From: an uncultured bacterium
Lineage (GTDB): Bacteria > Schekmanbacteria > GWA2-38-11 > J061
DNA length: 20,800 nucleotides
Reading direction: 5' to 3'
Assembly (NCBI GenBank): GCA_964549305.1
Contig: CAZJVM010000046.1
Span: 1-20,800 of the forward strand
Under the pieces are notes generated by a model. That model was given only the letters and a program-made list of their open reading frames with translations, was not told the origin of the DNA and made no database searches. Shown here in pieces: positions 1 through 6,885 of this stretch (position 1 is its first letter; the number at the start of each line of letters is the position of its first letter). A program made the position numbers and the translations under genes.

Positions 1-936
1 CTTTATGATGTAGCCATCTGCGGCGCTGGGGCAGGGGGGCTTTCGGCATCCATTTTCTGCCGAATGAGAGAAATGAAAACCCTTCTTCTTGACCTGAAAT
101 CAGGCGGAGGACAGATGCTTTCTATATATCCCGCAAAACCTGTAAGGGATTATCCCGCATATCCTGAGATTCCCGCACGGGAACTTGCCCTCAATATGAT
201 AAGACAGACAAAATCTATGGGAATTAAAATCTGCCAAAATGAAAGACTTCAGGATATCACGAAATCCGATGATATTTTTTCAATCCTCACCACAAAAAAC
301 AGCTATAAAACAAAAACCGTCATACTTGCAATGGGAGCGGGAATCTATAACCCGAGAAAACTTGGAATCATAGGCGAAGAGGATTTCTGTGGCAAAGGAG
401 TCACTTACGGAATCCCCTCTATAAAAGAAACGCGGGAAAAAAAGATAATATGCGTGGGCGGCGGAAACAGCTCTCTTGAAACAGCGCTCACCGTGAAAGA
501 CTTTGCCGAATCTGTCACAATAGTGCACAGAAGCAACACGCTTGAAGCCTACGAGTTCTATATAGACGCCGTAAAAGACTCTTGCGTAAAAGTACTTTAC
601 GATTCCGAATTGAAGGAAGTAATGGGAAACGATTCGGTAAAGGAAGCGATAATCTACGACAAGAAAAGTGACGACTACAATAAAGTGGAAGCCGACATAA
701 TCATAATCAATGTTGGAAGCGTGCCTTATTTTCAGAAGATACAAAAATGGGGAATCGGTGTGGATAAGTCAGGCGTAACAGTTGACAGGGAAATGAATAC
801 CTCAGTTCCGGGAATTTATGCCTGTGGTGATATGGTTTCCTACCGGGGAAAACTGAAACTTCTGATTTCAGCAAGCGGAGAAGGTTCCATTGCCGCGGAA
901 TCGGCATTCAAATATACAAAGGAACATTTCAGCTAA
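1..936 (+). CDS. TrxB-fold FAD-dependent oxidoreductase, ferredoxin-NADP(+) reductase type 2 (YumC-like); 5' end lies outside the window
   Basis: Frame is open from base 1 (LYDVAICGAGAGGLSASIFCRMRE..., FAD-binding GxGxxG), so the ATG at 64 is internal. Motifs GGQMLSIYPAKPVRDYP, VILAMGAG, second Rossmann VGGGNS, TSVPGIYACGD and YRGKLKLL match the TrxB/FNR family. No CxxC at the TrxR active-site position (GKGVTYGIP). Confidence 0.85.
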   Translation, partial: LYDVAICGAGAGGLSASIFCRMREMKTLLLDLKSGGGQMLSIYPAKPVRDYPAYPEIPARELALNMIRQTKSMGIKICQNERLQDITKSDDIFSILTTKNSYKTKTVILAMGAGIYNPRKLGIIGEEDFCGKGVTYGIPSIKETREKKIICVGGGNSSLETALTVKDFAESVTIVHRSNTLEAYEFYIDAVKDSCVKVLYDSELKEVMGNDSVKEAIIYDKKSDDYNKVEADIIIINVGSVPYFQKIQKWGIGVDKSGVTVDREMNTSVPGIYACGDMVSYRGKLKLLISASGEGSIAAESAFKYTKEHFS

Positions 937-2119
937 AGGGCAAAAGGGAAATTTTTAGAGTCGTTCCTCTGCCCTCGGAGCTTTCAATGCCAACCCTTCC
1001 GCCGTACTTCATTACAATCTGATTGACCACGGAAAGTCCCAGACCGAACCCTTCTCCTTCCGGACGCGATGTATAAAAGAAATCAAACACGGAATTAACC
1101 TTATCTTCGTCGATTCCTACTCCGCTGTCGGCAATCTCGAGCACTACGTACCCGCCTTCTCCATATCCCCGAATGCTGACATTCCTTTCTTCGGACAAGG
1201 AGACTGCCTGAAAAGCATTCATAAGAATGCTTACTGTAACTTGCCTCAACTCCCACAATGACCCTTTCACCGCGGGAAGGTCTTTCGGCAAATCCTTAGT
1301 TACGTTTATATTGTTTTCTTCCTTCATTCTCTTTAACAAAGGAAGGGTTTTTTCGATAACCTCATCCCAACTCACAGCGACTATTTTATCCTCTTTCACC
1401 GGTTTGGAGTATTCAAGGAGATTGCCAACCACATTACTGCACCTGTTTCCGCCGTCGATTGCAATATCCACAAATTTGTCAAGTTTCGCCTTCAATCCTT
1501 TTTCCGAATAAAAGGACTCCTTTAAATTTTCCAGGTCATTAACCTTCACGCCCTTCTGAGATAATTCTTCGAATATCTTTTTCCCAAAACGGTCAATTTC
1601 TCTTCTCAAAAGCTGAAGATTGGCTATTACTCCCGTAAGCGGGTTATTAATCTCGTGCGCGACTCCGCCTGCAAGACGACCTATGGACGCGAGTCTCTCC
1701 CTGTTCAACATTTCTTTTTTGAGAGAGCTGAGTCCTATGATGCTTTCCGCTCTTGTTCGAAGCTCATAGGCATTTATGGGGCGTACTATACAGTCGTCCG
1801 CGCCAAGACTAATTGCCTTCGCCTTCTCTTCTATTTCACGAAGAGAAGAAATGAATATAACAGGAATAGCGCGTGTTTCCACTTTTTCCTTTAATTTCTG
1901 AAGGACCCTGAATCCGTTCATTGAAGGAATGATATCATCGAGAATTATAAGGTCTGCGCCATTATCGTTTATGAATTCAAGAGCTTTCCCAGGTTCCCTG
2001 AAAGCGCGAACATTATACCCAGACGGTGAAAGGCTATCAGAGATTTTTTTTGAGGAATTCTCGGAGTCATCGACAACTACCACGGAAACATCTTCGGAAG
2101 TCTTTGTCACCTCAACCAT
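929..2119 (-). CDS. Cytoplasmic REC-histidine kinase hybrid (N-terminal receiver + HisKA + HATPase_c)
   Basis: Receiver VVVVDD...DLIILDDIIPSMNG; H-box GVAHEINNPL; N-box ILMNAFQA; G1 IADSGVGI; F-box VFDFFYTS; G2 GFGLGLS. No TM segments. Overlaps the nitroreductase stop, and converges on the FNR with an 8-bp overlap. Confidence 0.9.
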   Translation of the reverse strand: MVEVTKTSEDVSVVVVDDSENSSKKISDSLSPSGYNVRAFREPGKALEFINDNGADLIILDDIIPSMNGFRVLQKLKEKVETRAIPVIFISSLREIEEKAKAISLGADDCIVRPINAYELRTRAESIIGLSSLKKEMLNRERLASIGRLAGGVAHEINNPLTGVIANLQLLRREIDRFGKKIFEELSQKGVKVNDLENLKESFYSEKGLKAKLDKFVDIAIDGGNRCSNVVGNLLEYSKPVKEDKIVAVSWDEVIEKTLPLLKRMKEENNINVTKDLPKDLPAVKGSLWELRQVTVSILMNAFQAVSLSEERNVSIRGYGEGGYVVLEIADSGVGIDEDKVNSVFDFFYTSRPEGEGFGLGLSVVNQIVMKYGGRVGIESSEGRGTTLKISLLPFS

Positions 2120-2684
2120 CGACTCCCTCCCATTTTACTCTCCCCGGTTTGCGCCGGGAATGTTCGGGAGATTCCTCCGGATACCCGATTGTTATTATGC
2201 CTGCAAGCTCTTTGTCCCCGACGCCAAGGAAATCCGATATGTCTTCTGCAACATAAATGGCGCTTGAAACCCAACAGGCGCCAAGCCCTTCGGCGTGCGC
2301 CGCAAGGAGAAGATTTTCAACGCTTGCCGCCACGGAAAAAAGAGCTTCCGGGGAGGTTGTAAGGTCAACATCGGAAAAAACCGCAATGATGTTTGGTGCT
2401 TCGCCTGCAATATCAAGAAAAAAATCCGTTCTTTTACGAACACCCTCCGAAATATCATCATCGAGACATTCGGTAATTTTTCTAAATGAGTCCTCGAGGA
2501 AGCCAAACAATTCTTTTTTCTTTTCTCCTCCAAGGATGATGTAATGCCAATTCTGCCAATCCATATATGAAGGAGCCCATAATGCCGCCTCAACTACTTT
2601 TTCAAGAACATTCTTCGCGACAGGTTCCGGTTTGTAGCGCCGTACGCTTCGTCTCGTCTTTATAAGGTCCAAGATTTCCATCAA
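2112..2684 (-). CDS. Nitroreductase family flavoprotein
   Basis: IKTRRSVRRY FMN-binding motif, AALWAPS, ENLLLAAHAEGLGACWV, IITIGYP. Confidence 0.92.
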   Translation of the reverse strand: MMEILDLIKTRRSVRRYKPEPVAKNVLEKVVEAALWAPSYMDWQNWHYIILGGEKKKELFGFLEDSFRKITECLDDDISEGVRKRTDFFLDIAGEAPNIIAVFSDVDLTTSPEALFSVAASVENLLLAAHAEGLGACWVSSAIYVAEDISDFLGVGDKELAGIITIGYPEESPEHSRRKPGRVKWEGVDG

Positions 2685-2720
2685 TCATTACTTTTTCTCA
2701 AAATATTCGGGCATTCTTCT

Positions 2721-2951
2721 TTATTTTATTGTGCCCACTTTTTCAAAACTGCTGAATACCTCATCAGCGTGGGGCGCGCCGTCCATATCAGCGGTAAGGT
2801 CGACACCCGCGACGTGCATACCCACGTGCAAACCGTCTCCCCAAAAACTGCTGTCCGTGAGGTCATAAACACTGCCGTTATAGGCGACATAAGCTTTTTT
2901 GCCGTCCTTCCCGTCAAATTGGGCAAGCTCATCAAGGGTGAATTCTTTCAT
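2721..2951 (-). CDS. Cytochrome b5-like heme/steroid-binding domain protein
   Basis: FTLDELAQFDGKDGKKAYVAYNGSVYDLT...W..GLH..MHVAGVDLT...APH signature; GGAGG RBS upstream of the ATG. Confidence 0.9.
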   Translation of the reverse strand: MKEFTLDELAQFDGKDGKKAYVAYNGSVYDLTDSSFWGDGLHVGMHVAGVDLTADMDGAPHADEVFSSFEKVGTIK

Positions 2952-3006
2952 TTTGGTATTCCTCCGCTATAATTAATTATCTGATGGCATCTATATAAAA
3001 TCAAAA

Positions 3007-3183
3007 CTACTCAGAAACTAATTGAAGTCCTGCATCGAATACAACACTGCAACTCGGGCATATTAACTTCATCGCAATCCGCTTTTTACCTTTTCTTTCA
3101 AGCATAATATGAAACCCGTCCCTGTAACCACAGTTCGGGCACACTTTAAAGCTTTTCTTAATTTCAACTTTTTGAACAGTCAT
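3007..3183 (-). CDS. 58-aa four-cysteine zinc-ribbon/rubredoxin-like microprotein (CPNCG...CPSC), not in the ORF track
   Basis: Hand translation from ATG at 3183 to TAG at 3009-3007: MTVQKVEIKKSFKVCPNCGYRDGFHIMLERKGKKRIAMKLICPSCSVVFDAGLQLVSE*. Two CPxC knuckles; same strand as, and 55 bp upstream of, the cytochrome b5 gene. No strong RBS seen. Confidence 0.8.
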   Translation of the reverse strand: MTVQKVEIKKSFKVCPNCGYRDGFHIMLERKGKKRIAMKLICPSCSVVFDAGLQLVSE

Positions 3184-3352
3184 ATAAATTTAAAAAGTGA
3201 CAAAAATCTTATTATTCAAATAGAAATTAAAATGGAAAATGTAAAGATATTTAATAGATTGATGCCAACAAGGGGTGAAATATTTTTAAAACAAAATCCG
3301 GGATATTTTTTTTAAATTCGAAATAGAGATATATTTTCTGACGGAGACCCGA

Positions 3353-4036
3353 TTATTTATCCTTATACATATCCACACGGGGAATTACTTCATATTGGAT
3401 ATCATCAAGTTTTTGCCTGATTATTTCTTCGATTCGTTTATCTTCTTCCGTCCGGATAACACTGTTAATTTCATCGAGCACTTTTTCTTTCCACTTGTTG
3501 CTTGCCACGGCGATTTCCCTGTCAGATTTTAAATCTTCATCGGAAACCTTCTCGAGGTTTTCCTTCATCGAATCCATATTTCTGTTCACCACACCTATAA
3601 TCCTGTCTTTGAGCGCTCTTTCCAGTTTTTCCTTCATCAGGATTACGTCCAGTGACTCGAGAAATTCATCGGAATCGAATCCTATGTGGTCTATTCTTAC
3701 AGTAATGTCTTCATCAAGAAGTTCATACCGCATTTTTTCAGCAGAGTTTTTTCTCCAGGAACGAATATAATAATTTTTACTGCCGTCAGTGGCCTTTATA
3801 AACGATTCATTGTTGGGTTCGGAAAAATAACCTCTCGAAAGTATTTCATTTTCCAATATTTGAAGAAGTGAAATTTTATGTCCGCGATGCCTGTTGTAAA
3901 AATCCCTGCGGTCATCTTTTTCTATCTCCTCTATATGTTCGCCTTCTCCGGTAACTTTATATTCCGGACAATCATCGAATTCAGTGATTTTCATTGCACT
4001 TCCGCATTCAAAACAAACAAGAATTTCATTATCCAT
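3353..4036 (-). CDS. Hypothetical protein with N-terminal CxxC and HxxH (possible C2H2 metal site)
   Basis: 227-aa ORF with AGAGGA RBS, 24 bp downstream of the HD-GYP gene; VCFECG and RHRGH motifs; charged helical C-terminus. Family not recognised. Confidence 0.75.
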   Translation of the reverse strand: MDNEILVCFECGSAMKITEFDDCPEYKVTGEGEHIEEIEKDDRRDFYNRHRGHKISLLQILENEILSRGYFSEPNNESFIKATDGSKNYYIRSWRKNSAEKMRYELLDEDITVRIDHIGFDSDEFLESLDVILMKEKLERALKDRIIGVVNRNMDSMKENLEKVSDEDLKSDREIAVASNKWKEKVLDEINSVIRTEEDKRIEEIIRQKLDDIQYEVIPRVDMYKDK

Positions 4037-4060
4037 ATCATTATTCCTCTTATTAAAATA

Positions 4061-5161
4061 TTATTTAAAAGGATCTAATTTATCTTCATCTATTAATCTC
4101 AGAAGAATACTCACAAGTTCTGCGTCAAACTGAGTTCCCGCATTCATCTTGAGTTCTTTTATGACTTCCTCTCTGCTGAGTGCCTTTCTGTAGGGTCTGT
4201 CGCTTGTCATCGCCTCAAGGGAATCTGCAAGACAAACTATCCTTGAAGCAATGCTTATCTCATTTCCCGCCAATCCGTCGGGATAACCCTTCCCGTCTAT
4301 TCTCTCGTGATGGTGAAGCACCACATCGGAAATCAGCGAAGACATTTTTAGGGGGTCAATCAGTTCGAAACCGCGCTCCGGATGTTCCTTGATTAAACGC
4401 CAGTCATCTTCCGTGAGAGGCGTTTTTTTCATGTATGCATCACCTATCCCGATTTTTCCAATGTCGTGAAGAAATGACGCGACTTGTATCTCTTTGTTCT
4501 CTTTTTCCGAAAACCCGTATTCGTCGGAGAGAATATCAGCATACATAGAAACTCTGCTTGAATGCCCTTCGGTAAATATGTCATGACTTTCAAATGTGCA
4601 GGAGAGTATTTTGACAAACTCCGTAAAATCTTCATCTTCAACTTTTTTATTTCCGCTTTTGCTGATGAGAAGGTCCTTTAAATGACTTCCCGCTTCCTTT
4701 GATTTCAGGATGTTATATTCATTGTCATCACTGTTATACTTTGGGTCTAATTCTTTTATTCTGGAGAGAAAATCCTTCAACTGAAGATTGACCACTCTCC
4801 TTTCCGCAGCTTTTCTGATTACGGAAATTATCTCAGCCACATTGAAAGGTTTCGTAATATACTCATAGACACCCCAGTGAATAGCGCCTATCGCGCTTTT
4901 AACGGATGAGTTTCCTGTTATGACGATGACTTCGATTTCGGAATTGATTTTCTTTATCGCCTTTAGTACTTCGTTGCCGTCGAGCCCGGGCATCCTCAAA
5001 TCAAGTGTGACGATGTCTATATTTTCGTTTTTGACAATATCCAGCGCTTTGTTGCCGTTTTCAGCTATAAAGACATTATACGAGGGCTTAAGAATCATTC
5101 TTAAAGATTCTCTTGGTCCTATTTCGTCATCAACTATGAGTACGTTTTGATTCATTTCCAT
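4061..5161 (-). CDS. Response regulator with HD-GYP domain (putative c-di-GMP phosphodiesterase, RpfG-like)
   Basis: Intact receiver (LIVDD, TLDLRMPGLDG, VITG, YITKPF) followed by TEGHSSRV, LHDIGK, HPERG, HHERIDGKGYPDGL and AMTSDRPYR; AGGAGG RBS at 5167-5172. Confidence 0.93.
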   Translation of the reverse strand: MEMNQNVLIVDDEIGPRESLRMILKPSYNVFIAENGNKALDIVKNENIDIVTLDLRMPGLDGNEVLKAIKKINSEIEVIVITGNSSVKSAIGAIHWGVYEYITKPFNVAEIISVIRKAAERRVVNLQLKDFLSRIKELDPKYNSDDNEYNILKSKEAGSHLKDLLISKSGNKKVEDEDFTEFVKILSCTFESHDIFTEGHSSRVSMYADILSDEYGFSEKENKEIQVASFLHDIGKIGIGDAYMKKTPLTEDDWRLIKEHPERGFELIDPLKMSSLISDVVLHHHERIDGKGYPDGLAGNEISIASRIVCLADSLEAMTSDRPYRKALSREEVIKELKMNAGTQFDAELVSILLRLIDEDKLDPFK

Positions 5162-5212
5162 CAGTACCTCCTGTAAAAATTCGAACTTCCGGATGTTCTA
5201 AGGGTTTCTCAC

Positions 5213-5228
5213 TGCAATATCTGTGCCA
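5213..5228 (-). promoter_or_regulatory. Sigma54 (RpoN) -24/-12 promoter for the HD-GYP gene
   Basis: Minus strand reads TGGCACAGATATTGCA = TGGCAC-N5-TTGCA with exact GG-N10-GC spacing. Predicted +1 near 5202, about 40 nt before the ATG; adjacent to a sigma54 activator gene. Confidence 0.88.
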
Positions 5229-5265
5229 AAAAATAAATTTGGGAAGATGTTTATTCTTTACGGAA

Positions 5266-5278
5266 TAAGTGTTTGAAA
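5266..5278 (-). promoter_or_regulatory. Candidate IHF-binding site between sigma54 promoter and enhancer
   Basis: Minus strand TTTCAAACACTTA, one mismatch to WATCARNNNNTTR, at about -64 to -76. A perfect match (AATCAGCATCTTA) lies at 5382-5394. AT-rich background weakens both. Confidence 0.4.
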
Positions 5279-5324
5279 ATTAAAGATAAATTTTCATTGA
5301 AGAAAATTGTAAAAATAAGGAGGT

Positions 5325-5361
5325 TGTCAATTTTGAAGAAAAGATGTGTTCAAATTTGAAC
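5325..5361. promoter_or_regulatory. Candidate tandem upstream activator sequences (bEBP enhancer)
   Basis: Perfect 14-bp palindrome GTTCAAATTTGAAC (5348-5361) and imperfect copy TGTCAATTTTGAAG (5325-5338), 23 bp apart, centred about 130 and 152 bp upstream of the predicted sigma54 start. Confidence 0.55.
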
Positions 5362-5505
5362 GGTTTTTGAAGAGAGATATATAAGATGCTGATTTTTAAG
5401 GGAATGAACGCGTCATATTTTTTACATACATAGAATAACGCAAAAAAAACCAACAAAAATCAGGATACAGGTTCAGAAAGGAGTTAAGAAAAAATCGAAG
5501 GTTTT

Positions 5506-6858
5506 TTAAACATCAATCCCCAGCTTGTCCATTTTGTATTTTAAAACTCTGCGGCTTATTCCAAGAATATCCGCCGCTCGTGTTTGTATATTATTTGATT
5601 TTTTAAGCGCTTCCATAATCAGCTCTTTTTCAAGCTCGCTCTCCGCTTCTTCAAAAAGTATTCCGTCAGAGGCGACGCTGTTTTTCAACTCATCGAAAAG
5701 CGTCCGCTTCCTGAGATGCTCGGGCAAATCGCTCTTCGTTATCTCGGTTTTTTCCGTAAGGGTAATCAATCTCTCGATTGTATTTTCAAGCTCTCTTATA
5801 TTGCCGGGCCATTTGTAGTTGGTCAATATCTTCATCGCTTCAATGTCAATCCTCTTCTCTTTGCATTTTAACTCCCGTGATTTTCTTTTTAAAAAATGCT
5901 TTACAAGCGGCTCAATATCGTTTTTTCTGTCTCTAAGAGCAGGCACATAAATCGGAACAACATTGATTCTATAGAAAAGGTCTGAACGAAATCTACCCTC
6001 CGAAACCTCTTTTTCGAGATTTTTATTGGTTGCGGTAATCAATCTTATATCTATTTTAACGGGAGGACGACCTCCTACTCTTGTAAGCTCTCTTTCCTGA
6101 ATAACTCTTAATATCTTCGCCTGCATTGAAAGGGGAATATCGGCAATTTCATCAAGGAGAAGCGTTCCTCCGTGAGCCATTTCAAATTTTCCTATTCTCT
6201 TGGAAACAGACCCCGTGTAAGCGCCCTTTTCCGCGCCGAAAAGTTCACTTTCAATTAACGCTTCGGGAATGGCAGCACAGTTAATGGCAATGAACGGTTT
6301 CTTCTTCCGATCGCTTAAATTATGAATGGCTCTGGCAATGAGTTCTTTCCCCGTACCGCTTTCTCCCGTTACAAGCACTGTTGACTCGGTCCCGGCAACT
6401 TTTTCTATTATCCCGAATACTTCCTTTATCTTGTGGGAGTTGCCAACTATATCTTCAAAGACGTGTTTGCCGGAAGTATCTTTTTGTGACGGAGTTATTC
6501 TTTCACGGAAAACGGCATTATCAACTACCGTTTTGATTTCCGAAACGCAAAAAGGTTTTGTTATATAATCATAAGCCCCTATCTTCATTGCAGAAACGGC
6601 AGTTTTAAGGGTTTTGGTAGCTGTAAGCATAATGACCTTAATTTTTTCATTTTCCGATTTAAGTCTTTTCAGTATTTCAATTCCGTCAATGCCCGGCAAA
6701 ATAATATCCAGAAGAACGACATGGGGGTTTTCCTTCTCTACCATTCTGAATGCTTCTTCCCCGTTGCTGGCAAGAAAAACATTATAGTCATTTTTAAAAA
6801 TTATTCTCAGAGACTCTCTTACACTTATTTCATCGTCAACTATGAGCAGCTTTTTCAA
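5506..6858 (-). CDS. Sigma54-dependent response regulator (NtrC/AtoC family: REC + AAA+ + Fis-type HTH)
   Basis: Receiver LIVDD/LLDIILPG/LTA/YITKPF; Walker A GESGTGKE; INCAAIPEALIESELFG; loop 1 GAYTGS; Walker B LLLDEI; FRSDLFYRIN; WPGNIRELEN; HTH TRAADILGISRRVLKYKM. TTG start. Confidence 0.95.
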   Translation of the reverse strand: MKKLLIVDDEISVRESLRIIFKNDYNVFLASNGEEAFRMVEKENPHVVLLDIILPGIDGIEILKRLKSENEKIKVIMLTATKTLKTAVSAMKIGAYDYITKPFCVSEIKTVVDNAVFRERITPSQKDTSGKHVFEDIVGNSHKIKEVFGIIEKVAGTESTVLVTGESGTGKELIARAIHNLSDRKKKPFIAINCAAIPEALIESELFGAEKGAYTGSVSKRIGKFEMAHGGTLLLDEIADIPLSMQAKILRVIQERELTRVGGRPPVKIDIRLITATNKNLEKEVSEGRFRSDLFYRINVVPIYVPALRDRKNDIEPLVKHFLKRKSRELKCKEKRIDIEAMKILTNYKWPGNIRELENTIERLITLTEKTEITKSDLPEHLRKRTLFDELKNSVASDGILFEEAESELEKELIMEALKKSNNIQTRAADILGISRRVLKYKMDKLGIDV

Positions 6859-6885
6859 TTTCGCGCCCTTCTTTCTCCGTTAAAG

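Noticed and set aside
64-66. ORF-track start for the flavoprotein
   Set aside because: The frame is open upstream and encodes the FAD-binding GAGAGG motif, so the real start is before base 1.
3251-3268. TTGGCATC on the minus strand upstream of the microprotein as a second sigma54 promoter
   Set aside because: The -24 half is present but there is no GC at -12 (TGGCATCAATCTATTA).
3109-3315. 68-aa plus-strand ORF
   Set aside because: Low-complexity AT-rich translation that overlaps the better-supported minus-strand four-Cys microprotein.
3184-3352. Possible c-di-GMP riboswitch or ncRNA in the intergenic gap
   Set aside because: No GEMM-type motifs or convincing stems visible; a covariance-model (Rfam/Infernal) search would be needed to exclude it fully.
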